A stretch of DNA of 64,000 nucleotides from IMG/VR virus record IMGVR_UViG_2061766007_000921. The stretch is one strand, 5' to 3'. The first letter of the stretch is position 1, and every line of letters begins with the position of its first letter. Shown piece by piece: positions 34,091 to 44,711 of the stretch. The position numbers and the translations under genes are program-made. The notes beneath the pieces were generated by a model. The model was given only the letters and a program-made list of their open reading frames with translations, searched no databases and was not told the origin of the DNA. The stretch is from an uncultured virus (IMG/VR IMGVR_UViG_2061766007_000921). Its lineage: Duplodnaviria; Heunggongvirae; Uroviricota; Caudoviricetes.

Positions 34091-34491
34091 TACAATTTAG
34101 AACTTTCTTCCTTTAAAAGTTTTTTAATTTCTTCTTCTGATAATGACACAAATTCGCTTGGACGAATACACTTGTCATCAACATAAAAACCATCAAATCC
34201 TGCCCAAGGTTTACCAAGAATTATCTGGTCATACGGTATATCATATTTATGCAGAAAATTTAATATCTTTGGTAATGTATGAACATTTATTTCTCCAATA
34301 TTGTTATTATATGTTCTCATATTACGAGATGAGTAAATAACAATATCATAACCAATAGATTTATATTCTCTTAATTTTGATACAACTGAATTTATAGGAA
34401 CAGAATTGTCATAATCTCCTTTATGTGTTTTAGAGATTGTATCATCTAAATCAATAACAATCTTCTTTTTACAAGTTTCTTCATTTGTCAT
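34090..34491 (-). CDS. HAD-IIIC capsule biosynthesis phosphatase (EcbF/BcbF-like)
   Basis: DLDDTI, SSRNM, GKPW, YVDDK.IRPSEF. Confidence 0.85.
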   Translation of the reverse strand: MTNEETCKKKIVIDLDDTISKTHKGDYDNSVPINSVVSKLREYKSIGYDIVIYSSRNMRTYNNNIGEINVHTLPKILNFLHKYDIPYDQIILGKPWAGFDGFYVDDKCIRPSEFVSLSEEEIKKLLKEESSKL

Positions 34492-34526
34492 TTTAACTAT
34501 ACATATATTACAAATATTTTATAACA

Positions 34527-34556
34527 AAAAGGCAGGAATTATTCCTGCCTTCTTTT
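34527..34556. terminator. Intrinsic terminator
   Basis: AAGGCAGGAAT-ATTCCTGCCTT. Confidence 0.7.
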
Positions 34557-34576
34557 AAACAATTATTATTTAATTG

Positions 34577-36571
34577 TTAAATTGCTTGATTTTTAAACAA
34601 TGCATTAAGACGATCTTCAGAAAAAGATTCATAATCACCGTATTCATATGCTTCCAATGCAGATAAAAGCAAAGCCAAACGTCTGATTGTTATAAACGCA
34701 TCATGTAAGAATTCAAATCTTCTATAAGAACCATAATCTGCTGAATTAGCAAATGTATTTTTTAGTTTTTCTCTAGTAACGCCATCAGTACTGTAATCTT
34801 TAGAATGCAAAACTGCATCTCTATTACTTACATTTATACTTTTAATATCATTAAAATCTTTTATAGCATTATTACATTCTTTAATAACATCAGATACATC
34901 ACATTGTGCAAATTTTTCATATATTAAATCCAATAAATCTCCTGAAATTGTATTATTATTATAAAATGATACCATTTTTCTTCTAACCTTTTCAGCGCCT
35001 ATTGTTACACTATTTTTTACATTTTTAGCAAGCTGCGCAATTAGTCCTCTATCATATCTCATAAGATTTATATTTTTATACATATTATCATCTATAAGAT
35101 ATTTAATATATTTCTTATACAAAGGAGAATTGATAAAGTTTTTTGTTTTTGTAATATACATTCCAAATACATTAGATGCTCTACCAGACTGTACATCATA
35201 TCTTTTTTGTTTATCTCCAAGATAAGTAAATTCATAATCTCCCAATTTAGATGATTTGCAAATATAACATCTTACACACTCACTTGGAGCATATTTAAGC
35301 ATTGAAATTTCAAAATGTTTTCTAATATAATAAACACTTTTATATATCAAGCTGTAATCATATGGGAGAGAAGTATCAACATGTGCAGCCTTTAATGATT
35401 TTTGAAGACCTTCTTTTTCTTGTTCTGTTAAAGTTGAAGAAGAACTTAATCGTCTCAATGCTTTATTGTTGTCGAGAATTGTTTGAATAGCTGAATCATC
35501 TGCATATAGTAATTTAGAATCTGCCCATTGTTCTGATTTATCTGCTCCAGTAATAATAAATTTTATAACATTGTTTTTATCACATAATATCGAAAGTCCA
35601 AAACTATTCATATCTGCTCGTTTCTTGTGTTCACTAAATACATTATTAAGACCATAACAAGGAAATATTGAAAGATCTGATAATGATGACCAAAGTATAG
35701 GAATTTCTTTAATTTTGGCTAAAGCATTTTTATTTTCTGGCATAGAAAACAATTGTTTCAATATATCACTGTTAAATGCCTCATTTAACATATTTTGATT
35801 TTTGTAAACAATAGATTCTTTTACTAGTTGATCTACCTTTTTGTTTGGTTTAAAATAACTAGCATTTAATATATCATTTGTTGATATATCATCTTTTCCT
35901 ATATACAAAACTGATTTTCCCAATTTTTTTATTCCATTTGTAAAATCAGTAAGATTATCACACATTACAATTTCTAATGTTCCATCTATAGATGTTGCAA
36001 TATTCTTCAATGATTTTAAATTAGGAAGTCTGAACAATGAATAATTACCTTCAACCTCTTCAGGAAATCCATCAGGAAGGGTTTCAAATTTACAATTTCT
36101 AACGGTAAAATTTCCTGGAATATTTATACCACCTTCAGTAACTGCATATATTTTATTAAAATATATATATTCTGGAAATTCTTTTAATCCTGAAATATGT
36201 ACATTACCATATGCATCTATAGTTCCGTCATTATTGATAACTGCAATTGATCCCCAACCTCTAGTTCTAGCCTTATCACGTTCATCTTCTTTGTACATAC
36301 CTTTAAACATTCCAGAGTTTCTTATCCATTCCATTATTTTATCTTCATATGAACGCAAATCCAATCCGCAAGTTTCAGCTCTTTTAATATTTACATTATT
36401 TAATAATGAATCAAATGAGTCATCAGAAACAGTTGAAAGATCGTTTAAATCATCTGTTGAAGAAATAGGATCTTCTTCATCATAACTGTCATAATTCAAG
36501 TCATCAAGAAAATCTTCATTTATATGAAGATTTTCTTGATTCTTGGTATTTTTAATATTAATGTATTTCAT
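34577..36571 (-). CDS. Hypothetical; paralog of the C-terminal half of 36588..41201
   Basis: Shared EDFLDDLNYD, LPDGFPE.V.GNY, LNEAF.S.IL..LF.MPENK, CDKNNVIK, SPLY. Confidence 0.75.
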   Translation of the reverse strand: MKYINIKNTKNQENLHINEDFLDDLNYDSYDEEDPISSTDDLNDLSTVSDDSFDSLLNNVNIKRAETCGLDLRSYEDKIMEWIRNSGMFKGMYKEDERDKARTRGWGSIAVINNDGTIDAYGNVHISGLKEFPEYIYFNKIYAVTEGGINIPGNFTVRNCKFETLPDGFPEEVEGNYSLFRLPNLKSLKNIATSIDGTLEIVMCDNLTDFTNGIKKLGKSVLYIGKDDISTNDILNASYFKPNKKVDQLVKESIVYKNQNMLNEAFNSDILKQLFSMPENKNALAKIKEIPILWSSLSDLSIFPCYGLNNVFSEHKKRADMNSFGLSILCDKNNVIKFIITGADKSEQWADSKLLYADDSAIQTILDNNKALRRLSSSSTLTEQEKEGLQKSLKAAHVDTSLPYDYSLIYKSVYYIRKHFEISMLKYAPSECVRCYICKSSKLGDYEFTYLGDKQKRYDVQSGRASNVFGMYITKTKNFINSPLYKKYIKYLIDDNMYKNINLMRYDRGLIAQLAKNVKNSVTIGAEKVRRKMVSFYNNNTISGDLLDLIYEKFAQCDVSDVIKECNNAIKDFNDIKSINVSNRDAVLHSKDYSTDGVTREKLKNTFANSADYGSYRRFEFLHDAFITIRRLALLLSALEAYEYGDYESFSEDRLNALFKNQAI

Positions 36572-36587
36572 ATTAAGCAAAGTTTAA

Positions 36588-39500
36588 TTAAACAAATTCT
36601 TTTTTTACAAGTTCATCAATATATTTCTTGTTTCCATTTTCAAATGACATAATTGCAGAAAGCATAGTTGCAAGTTTTTCTGCAGCACTTAAATAGTATT
36701 TAACAAAATTAATATCATATGAATCCCTTAAATCTCCATAAGTATCAATTGCAGCAGTGTATGAAATATCAGGCTTTGCAAAAAAGATATTTATGTCATT
36801 CATTAATTTGCTTCTTCTATATGAACCATCTCTGTAAGAAGAATATCCATCAACATCATTGACATTTTCACGTGCATCTTTTAAGCTTTTAATAATTTCA
36901 AGATTTTTAGAAGCTTTAAGAATGAATGTACGATACTGAGTACTCTTCAAACAATCATTAAGTGCATCAATCTCCAATGGATCTAATAATTTTTCATTAT
37001 ACATATTTGAAATTTTCTTACGTATAATATCTGCTGTTGTTTTTGCAGAATTTATCATTTCTTTTATTGTACCAATTGCAGATGTAAAATCAGATTTTTC
37101 ATTAAATATATTTGCTGCAATTTCATCAGTAACAATATATTTAAAATATCTTCTATACAATGGAGATTTATCTGTTGCATTTTTAGCAGACAAATACATT
37201 CCTTTAACAGCTTCTTTACGTTTCTCTTGAAGGTCTCTTCTTCTTTCAATTTGAGATGCATATGAGAAATTCTTATATAATGAAGGATCATTTAATGTAG
37301 TATCTTTTATATCATTTGTACCTTTGATTATATAAGCATTTTCACAAAATTCTGGAACAAGATACAAATGCGCCATCATCATATCATTTTGGATATTTCT
37401 GATAGAACCGTCCATTATTCTTGCTACGACATCTTTTTTGTCATATTTTACATTTGCATCTTCAAGTTCTTTAATAGCATTACTGTCTTTATATTTAAGT
37501 GCATTATAACCAACTTTAAGTCTATAGTTAAGAAGATCTTTAAGATCAGGATCTACATATAACCAAGAATTTCCTTTCCAACGAACTTCTCTTCCCTTAT
37601 CATCAGTATATGTATCTCTGTTGTTTCCTGTTCCTATAATTTTAATAACATTATTTTTATCACACCAAATAGTAATGCCATAATCTCTATATTGTTTATT
37701 GACTACTCTACGAAGTGCTAATGAACGTTGGACATTATTTCCACGGTTATCACTTCCATAGCAAGGAAGAACAATATCATCAGGAATTTCTGACCAGAAT
37801 ATATTAATATCCTTTATAGCATTAAGAACTTTTTTATTTTCTGGCATATTAAATAATTTTCTAAGAATATTACTCTTGAATGCTTCATTTAATACATTTT
37901 TAGCATTAAACTGTCTTCCTTCATCCAAACGTTGTTGAATTGTATAATCTATAGATTCTTTAATTTTTCTTGCAGATCTAGAATAAATTGAAGTATTTAA
38001 AATAGCTTCATCATCAATTCCGTTATCTGATAATACTGCTCCATAAAGAGTTTTAATAAAATTAGTAGTATCTTTAAGATTTCTACACATTTGAATAATC
38101 AGTGAACCTCCAATTGTATAAGGAGTATTCTTAAGAGATCTAAGTTGATTAAGTTTAACTAACTTATAATTTCCATCTACATATTCTGGAAAACCATCAG
38201 GAAGTTCTGTGTATGTTCCAAGTGTTGCTGTAAAGGAACCAACTACTTTATTGCTGCCATTATAAGAAGCATAAGTATCACATGATTTTATATTTCTAAA
38301 GTAAATATAATCTGGAATATTACCTGATACTACAAGTTCTCCATAAACATCTATTGAATAATCATCATTAATTACTGCTACAGGAAAATATGAAGGATAC
38401 AATCTTCTGCGTTTTGCAAATGAAGCCATATCATCATTTCCAAGCTCATCATATGTATATACTGTACGAATATTTACATTTGCTTCTGATGATAACCACT
38501 GTGCTATTCTATCAACATATTTTGAAAGATCTAAACAACTTGAAACTACTCTAGAAATAGGTTGTATACTATCAAGAAGATCATCAATACGTTCTTCATC
38601 AGATGCTGCATTTAATCTATCAGTGTTATCATTAAATGAAGGATCATCATAGTTTAAATCATCAAGAAAATCTTCATATAATTTGTTATTCAAGCATCTT
38701 CTTTTTGGAGAAGATTCTATAAGAACAACATCATTATCTATTTTTTTATTATCTTTTAACATTTTATCTGTTGTATTTGTTTCTTTTTTTGATTCTTCAA
38801 GTTCAATGAATGACATTCCTTTATTAAAATCACTTTGTGTTATATAAATTACTTGTTCTGCTTCTGTCCAATATGGAAGATCTTGTGGTTGACTATTGTC
38901 AATGATCATCCATATTACTTTGTTTTCAAATCCTAAATCTTCAGGATCTATTCCACGTAATCCATAATAACAATCACTATCTGTCATTATTACTGCAACA
39001 TTAAAGAACTTGTCATCATCTATTGCATCTTCAAGATATTTAAATATTTCTTGATAAGAAGTACCTCCAGATTGTACATTTTTAAATTCTATTTTATCTG
39101 GAAGTTCTTCTGCAGAATATGTTGTAACATTGTATATTCCATCACAGAACTGTACGAGCTCAATTTCATATGCTCCTACTTCCATGCAAATATTGTTTAT
39201 TTCTGCAAGACATTGTTTTAAGTCATTTGGATTGCAGAACATACTTCCTGAAGTATCAACAAACAACATAAATCTGGTTGCAGTTTCACCTTCATAATCA
39301 CTTATATGATAATAAGCATCTCTTGCGAGTCCCTTCTTTGAATATCCAATATCTTTAAGTTTTGAAAAATATCCTACGAGATAATCTTTAAGTACTTCTT
39401 TCCAATCAATTCTTGGTTTAAGCATTTCTTCAATATCTCCTAAGATTCCAGAAATTCCTTTACCTGGTCTTCCAGTTTTAGAACCTCCGTTTCTTAAAGA

Positions 39501-41201
39501 TACTTCATCAAGTTTACGTGCTAATTTATCAAGCTTTCCTTTATCTTTAAATGGACTATCAAGTTTATCAATAATATTTACACCTGCAGTCTTAGCAATC
39601 TCATCAACAGAATTATCTGAAATTGTATGTACATCACTTCCAAAATTTCCATCTCCTGCAAATCCTCCATCTGCAGTTCCAACTTTTACTCCCTTTCCAG
39701 AATTAATAAGATCATTAAGAGCTTCTTTAGCTTCTTCTGGAGTCATCAATGTATTAGGATCTAAATCATTTGTAACATCATCATATGAACCTTGTCCGGA
39801 AGTGCTGTCATAATCATCTGATGAACCGGATCTTGTTGATATTTTGTTTTTATATGTTCCAGGAATATCAAATCCTCCATTTCCTGAAGAATTGTTTGAA
39901 CTGTCTTCACCTTGTCCTGAGTTTGCACTACCTTGACCTTGGCCATTTGATTGAGAAGAATCTCCTGAATCACCACTACCTGAATTACCACCTTGCTGAC
40001 TGCTCTGATTGCTTTGCTGTCCACCTTGGCTACTTTGGCCACCTTGTTGACCACCTTGCTGACCGCTTTGCTGTCCACTCTGTTGACCACCTTGCTGTCC
40101 TTGTTGATTGGATTGATTATTTTTCAGATTAACAGGTGTATTTGGATCTTGCTCACCTTCATCAGATGATCCATTTTGATTAACTGGAAATTTTGGAGTA
40201 ATTGGAGTAAGAGGTTCATCTACTGGCTCCAAACGAGGTCCTTGTTGTCCTCCACCATTTCCTCCTCCACCTTGAAGAAGTGTTTGTATAATTTTCATCG
40301 CAGCATCATATCCAAGTCCATATCCAGCATTATAGTCTTTTGACTTTCCTGGAATAAGAGCTTCATACAGCATGCTTAATGTAGATGCATAAAAACTATC
40401 AGATATTTGTATTGACTCTATTAATCCCTTTGCTCGAAGGTCTCTTATTGCATCTTCCCAACCATCTTTGTATCCCTCCTTCATGTCAGCATTCATAGGA
40501 ATTTGTTGCTGAGGAGGTTTTTGTTTTTTATTAGGTTTTTGTACGTTATCTAATTTATCATAAATAACTTCCCAAATATCATCTTTATAATCTTTATTAA
40601 TACATCCGCCACACTTTTCAGTAATTCCGTTGAATATTTGTTTTACTTCACCGTTTTTATCATATATAGTATCTCCTTTGGCCTTTGCAGATCTTTCATC
40701 TCTTGGATCTGGAAATGTATGCTCTATTATCCAGTTTATTTCATAATCTTGTGCTATATTAGCTTTATAATGATCTGAAAAATGAGTAGGATCTGCAGCT
40801 TCTCTTTCAAGATGTTTAAATACATTATGATATACTTCATGAAGAATAACAAATGCTACTCCAAGAGGAGTGTTTCCACATAGTGAAACAAGTTTCATTA
40901 CAAAACCAGGATTAATCATAACACATGCGCCATTTGTGCACATAGTATCACATTGGAATGTATAAATTATAGGCAATGCATCAAGAAAACCTGCAATAGC
41001 GCGATCTGTAAGCTGATAAAGAAGAGTACATGCATGATTTACATATGACACAACAAGACGTGTATTGTAAGGAGTTCCATCAGGACCTATTACAATATCC
41101 ATCTTTGTAAATGAAGTGTTACGTTCTCCCCAATTGTCATAAGGATATTGTGCATCTTCATTTAAAACATTTTTAGAGCTTTCACATATAAGATTCATCA
41201 T
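36588..41201 (-). CDS. HExxH metallopeptidase-like (DUF2201-type) plus vWA domain protein with Q/G-rich linker
   Basis: ILHEVYH, N.A.D..IN, VDTSGSM, GGTSY, MTD. Confidence 0.8.
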   Translation of the reverse strand: MMNLICESSKNVLNEDAQYPYDNWGERNTSFTKMDIVIGPDGTPYNTRLVVSYVNHACTLLYQLTDRAIAGFLDALPIIYTFQCDTMCTNGACVMINPGFVMKLVSLCGNTPLGVAFVILHEVYHNVFKHLEREAADPTHFSDHYKANIAQDYEINWIIEHTFPDPRDERSAKAKGDTIYDKNGEVKQIFNGITEKCGGCINKDYKDDIWEVIYDKLDNVQKPNKKQKPPQQQIPMNADMKEGYKDGWEDAIRDLRAKGLIESIQISDSFYASTLSMLYEALIPGKSKDYNAGYGLGYDAAMKIIQTLLQGGGGNGGGQQGPRLEPVDEPLTPITPKFPVNQNGSSDEGEQDPNTPVNLKNNQSNQQGQQGGQQSGQQSGQQGGQQGGQSSQGGQQSNQSSQQGGNSGSGDSGDSSQSNGQGQGSANSGQGEDSSNNSSGNGGFDIPGTYKNKISTRSGSSDDYDSTSGQGSYDDVTNDLDPNTLMTPEEAKEALNDLINSGKGVKVGTADGGFAGDGNFGSDVHTISDNSVDEIAKTAGVNIIDKLDSPFKDKGKLDKLARKLDEVSLRNGGSKTGRPGKGISGILGDIEEMLKPRIDWKEVLKDYLVGYFSKLKDIGYSKKGLARDAYYHISDYEGETATRFMLFVDTSGSMFCNPNDLKQCLAEINNICMEVGAYEIELVQFCDGIYNVTTYSAEELPDKIEFKNVQSGGTSYQEIFKYLEDAIDDDKFFNVAVIMTDSDCYYGLRGIDPEDLGFENKVIWMIIDNSQPQDLPYWTEAEQVIYITQSDFNKGMSFIELEESKKETNTTDKMLKDNKKIDNDVVLIESSPKRRCLNNKLYEDFLDDLNYDDPSFNDNTDRLNAASDEERIDDLLDSIQPISRVVSSCLDLSKYVDRIAQWLSSEANVNIRTVYTYDELGNDDMASFAKRRRLYPSYFPVAVINDDYSIDVYGELVVSGNIPDYIYFRNIKSCDTYASYNGSNKVVGSFTATLGTYTELPDGFPEYVDGNYKLVKLNQLRSLKNTPYTIGGSLIIQMCRNLKDTTNFIKTLYGAVLSDNGIDDEAILNTSIYSRSARKIKESIDYTIQQRLDEGRQFNAKNVLNEAFKSNILRKLFNMPENKKVLNAIKDINIFWSEIPDDIVLPCYGSDNRGNNVQRSLALRRVVNKQYRDYGITIWCDKNNVIKIIGTGNNRDTYTDDKGREVRWKGNSWLYVDPDLKDLLNYRLKVGYNALKYKDSNAIKELEDANVKYDKKDVVARIMDGSIRNIQNDMMMAHLYLVPEFCENAYIIKGTNDIKDTTLNDPSLYKNFSYASQIERRRDLQEKRKEAVKGMYLSAKNATDKSPLYRRYFKYIVTDEIAANIFNEKSDFTSAIGTIKEMINSAKTTADIIRKKISNMYNEKLLDPLEIDALNDCLKSTQYRTFILKASKNLEIIKSLKDARENVNDVDGYSSYRDGSYRRSKLMNDINIFFAKPDISYTAAIDTYGDLRDSYDINFVKYYLSAAEKLATMLSAIMSFENGNKKYIDELVKKEFV

Positions 41202-41222
41202 ATTGTACTAATTGGTTATTCT

Positions 41223-43361
41223 TTAACGCATGCTGCTAATAGTATTACGTGTTTGACGTCTTCTCTTTTCTAATATAAGTAATCCAGCTTTATATTTTTC
41301 TTTAACTTCTGGCAAGTTCATATTTACATAGAAAGGTTTTTCTTTCATACCTTTAATAATAGAACTTATTGCTTGATTTAATATAACATCTCCAGAAGCT
41401 CCTGAATTTTCATCCATCAAATCTACACATCTTACAACATATTCACATAGATTCTTAAATTGATCTGGTGTTACTTCTGGATTAGGTTCAGTTATATCCG
41501 GATGGCAAGCAAATATTTTAGCAATTGCTCTATCAAGAATTAAATTCAATGCACTATTACCAAATGGAATTTCAGCAGTTGCACCATCTTCCCAAACACT
41601 TTCAGCAATATCTGTGCTGAATATACCATCAAATGAATAGAATTCTGCATATGCACGTGATGCTTCTACACCTACATTAGCATTAATAATTTTTCTCTTT
41701 TCATCTTGTGACAATTTTGTAGGTCTATTTCCAAATCCGTTTAATTTGTTCATTCTTGAAACAAATGAGTTTGGATCATTTTCTGCAGCAATTGCATCTT
41801 CAGTATCACGAATTGCTTTTGATGCATTAGCCCAGCTACGAGGATTAGCAAATTTAGAACTTGCTACTTTATCTTTTTTATCTTCTTTATATCTCAATGA
41901 TACATTATTCCAACACTCTTGATGTGCAGTCAAAAATCTAATAATATCTTCATCTATACGAGGTCTGTTTGTTCCTTTCATAGGTTTCTTTGCCCATCTC
42001 AACCAATCTTTAAATGTAGGAACAAAGAATACATGCTGGAATCTATCTGTTTGTGCATCATCCCATTGGAAACTATCTGCAGCTCTTGATGCAAGTACTT
42101 GAGGAGGGTTAGCAGCTGCTACCATCATCCATTTTGATCCAATTACATAATCATTGAATTGTCTACTTTGAACAAGTGTCATAATAACATTCAAAACATC
42201 TGGTGAAATTCTTGATAACTCATCAAAGAAAATTACTCCTCCATTTCCATTACCTGATCCATCACCACCATTTGCAATATCATCAAGTTGTTCATCTGTA
42301 ATTCCAAGTTCTACTGCAGCTTCATCACCAGGTTTATATGCAGGAAGCCATGTTTTCATTACATCTACACCACCAGATTTTCTATATTTAACAGTTTCGC
42401 CTTTAGAATTAACAACTTCAAGTTCTTGGTTAGAATTTGCAGGAAATGTAAAATCATCTTTTCTCATTGACATTGCATTAATTGATATAAGATTAACATC
42501 ACCAAGAACTTCTTGTGCTGTTTCTACAAGTTGTTCAACTATCTGTGTTTTTCCAATACCAGGAGATCCCCAAATGCAATAAGGAATAGGAATACTACTT
42601 GAACCGAGCTTAGCTGCTCCTGCTTGTATTGCAGCAAATTGGTCAACTAATTTTCTAACAATTTCTTGTGCACTGTAATTTTCCCAAGCTTTGCTTTCAA
42701 TTGTATATCTTTCAGAAGGAGTTGCATCTTCATAAAGTTTTTCACGTCTTGACTTTCTGCTTGATTCATTAACCATTCTCATAAAATCTTTATATAATTC
42801 TGATTTTCTGTAAATAGTTCCTCTTCTGTTTATATGTCCTTCATAAAGTCTTTCGCGTCTATTTCTTCTTGAAGAATATGATTCATCAAGTTCTTCATCT
42901 TCTATTCCGTTTTCCTCTTTATAAATTTCAATTTCTTGTCTTAGAAAATCATTGCAATCTTGAATATAATTTTCATCTTCCTCACCTTCATCTTCAATAA
43001 CATTTGCAGAAATTCCCAAATCTTCTGCAGCATTTGCTAAAGATTCAGATGGATAAAATGAAACACCTTCTACATCTTGAGCCACAGTCATTGTATTGAT
43101 AGGAGAATTAACAGGAACAAACATTCCTTTAATTTTCATTATAACATATTTTCCTTTTTTAATAATGTTATCCCACAATGATGCTGCAAACTTCTTAAGT
43201 CTATCTAAAACAGCTTCATCAATATGATCTAATTGTGAAACTTTTCTTCTGGATACATTTTTAATATTTCCATTAACTTTTATAGTATAAGTATCAGCAA
43301 GAAGATTTTCATCAAGAATATTACATTCAACCAATTGATTGTTTAATCTATACTTTGCCAT
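41223..43361 (-). CDS. MoxR-like AAA+ ATPase
   Basis: WGSPGIGKT, FFDELSR, AAAN, DRF, NPRSW. Confidence 0.85.
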   Translation of the reverse strand: MAKYRLNNQLVECNILDENLLADTYTIKVNGNIKNVSRRKVSQLDHIDEAVLDRLKKFAASLWDNIIKKGKYVIMKIKGMFVPVNSPINTMTVAQDVEGVSFYPSESLANAAEDLGISANVIEDEGEEDENYIQDCNDFLRQEIEIYKEENGIEDEELDESYSSRRNRRERLYEGHINRRGTIYRKSELYKDFMRMVNESSRKSRREKLYEDATPSERYTIESKAWENYSAQEIVRKLVDQFAAIQAGAAKLGSSSIPIPYCIWGSPGIGKTQIVEQLVETAQEVLGDVNLISINAMSMRKDDFTFPANSNQELEVVNSKGETVKYRKSGGVDVMKTWLPAYKPGDEAAVELGITDEQLDDIANGGDGSGNGNGGVIFFDELSRISPDVLNVIMTLVQSRQFNDYVIGSKWMMVAAANPPQVLASRAADSFQWDDAQTDRFQHVFFVPTFKDWLRWAKKPMKGTNRPRIDEDIIRFLTAHQECWNNVSLRYKEDKKDKVASSKFANPRSWANASKAIRDTEDAIAAENDPNSFVSRMNKLNGFGNRPTKLSQDEKRKIINANVGVEASRAYAEFYSFDGIFSTDIAESVWEDGATAEIPFGNSALNLILDRAIAKIFACHPDITEPNPEVTPDQFKNLCEYVVRCVDLMDENSGASGDVILNQAISSIIKGMKEKPFYVNMNLPEVKEKYKAGLLILEKRRRQTRNTISSMR

Positions 43362-43429
43362 ATAATATGTTTTAATTTAATTTTCAGATAATATTTTAGT
43401 ATTTATTTTTAATTTATACACTGTAAAAT

Positions 43430-43459
43430 AAAAAAGAGAGAACAATTGTTCTCTCTTTT
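43430..43459. terminator. Intrinsic terminator
   Basis: AAAAGAGAGAAC-AATT-GTTCTCTCTTTT. Confidence 0.75.
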
Positions 43460-43478
43460 AATGAATAAAAAATTCAAA

Positions 43479-43874
43479 TTAAACTTCTTCACTGCAAAGG
43501 AAATTGCTAATCATAGATTTCTCATTGATACTAATACCTGAATTTTCAGGATTATTAAGAATTGCATTATACAACTCATCCCAAGATAAAAATTTTGTAG
43601 GAGAATCACAATCACCAAGAACATATTCATCAATCAACGGAGAAATAATAGAAACAATTTCACTTTCTTGTTCTGGTGTAAGAGTCTCAACATTATAATT
43701 CTTTTGCTTGATTACTTCTGTAGCAAGACTACGTTTCTTCTCTTCAAGTTCTGCAGAACATTTATTGAAATCTACTATTAAGCGTATGTATTTTCTTAAT
43801 GCTTCATTTGAAAGTACTCCTACTTTAGTATCCTTAAGAGAATTTCCAAGTGCGATAAGCTCATAAATTTTCAT
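43479..43874 (-). CDS. Hypothetical protein
   Basis: 131-aa ORF. Confidence 0.6.
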   Translation of the reverse strand: MKIYELIALGNSLKDTKVGVLSNEALRKYIRLIVDFNKCSAELEEKKRSLATEVIKQKNYNVETLTPEQESEIVSIISPLIDEYVLGDCDSPTKFLSWDELYNAILNNPENSGISINEKSMISNFLCSEEV

Positions 43875-43920
43875 ATATTATTCAATTAAATTTAAAAATT
43901 ATATATCAATCAATTGTATT

Positions 43921-44370
43921 TTATTCTCGCACAATAAAATCTGCAGCCCAAGTTGCAATTGGTCCTAAAGTCTTATATCTGCATTTATAACCCATACCTT
44001 CTACTAATCCTTTAGCAGATTCAAATACCTCATTTGATTTAAATTTTCCAAGAGGGCTAACATCAATATCAATAAACTGAGGTTTTGGAAGACCTGCATC
44101 ACGCATTGTATTAGCAGTTTCAATACTCTTCCAAACTTCATTCATAAGTCTTACAGCACGTACTTTCTCTCTTTCAGTTTTTTCTCTCTGAAATATGATG
44201 TGACCACCCTTTCCAGGATTATAGAGAACTACTGCTGTTGCATATACTGTTCCTGTACGAAAGTTTTGACTATCAGTACCAACAAATATACTAACATCTG
44301 GATGTGAAGAAATATAGTTCTTCACATAATCAATTAATTCAATTTTTTCTCCTCTAGTAGTTCTAAACAT
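43921..44370 (-). CDS. RNase H-like YkuK/DUF458 family protein
   Basis: VGTDSQ, GKGG, RL..EV..S, IDIDV, AAD. Confidence 0.8.
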   Translation of the reverse strand: MFRTTRGEKIELIDYVKNYISSHPDVSIFVGTDSQNFRTGTVYATAVVLYNPGKGGHIIFQREKTEREKVRAVRLMNEVWKSIETANTMRDAGLPKPQFIDIDVSPLGKFKSNEVFESAKGLVEGMGYKCRYKTLGPIATWAADFIVRE

Positions 44371-44569
44371 AGTTAATAAATTTTAAATATTTTATAAAAG
44401 AAAATGGAGTCTTTGAGTACTCCTTCAAAAACTCCATTTTTCTTCGGTTTCGGTCGTACTTCTTTTTATTCCGAACGATTCTAACCTGTTGGAATCCGTA
44501 ATCTTTCCTTGCAGAACGTTTTATCGCCTTTATATAATCTTGTTCAAAATTATGTGCTTTTGTTTTCAT
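44363..44569 (-). CDS. Small basic protein, ArfA/BrfA-like ribosome rescue candidate
   Basis: RIVRNKKKYDRNRRK; 16-bp hairpin plus U-tract inside the ORF. Confidence 0.5.
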   Translation of the reverse strand: MKTKAHNFEQDYIKAIKRSARKDYGFQQVRIVRNKKKYDRNRRKMEFLKEYSKTPFSFIKYLKFINYV

Positions 44570-44606
44570 TCTACAACAATTTTAAAAATTCATATTATTT
44601 ATCAAT

Positions 44607-44701
44607 TGGCGGAGTGAAAGGGACTCGAACCCTTACGCCAGATTACTCCGACTACTCGCAGATTAGCAATCTGCTGCCTTACCAGTTAGGCTTACCACTC
44701 C
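44607..44701 (-). tRNA. tRNA-Ser(GCT)
   Basis: Cloverleaf, long variable arm, encoded CCA. Confidence 0.92.
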
Positions 44702-44711
44702 ATATTAAAAA

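Noticed and set aside
39960..40110. Gln/Gly tandem repeats (also the Gly-rich portal tail at 3100-3240)
   Set aside because: Ordinary low-complexity protein linkers
1..44000. Genome-wide TAG-to-Gln recoding as in Lak phages
   Set aside because: Long genes including the 3919-aa ORF and portal are intact in code 11; only one in-frame TAG case was found
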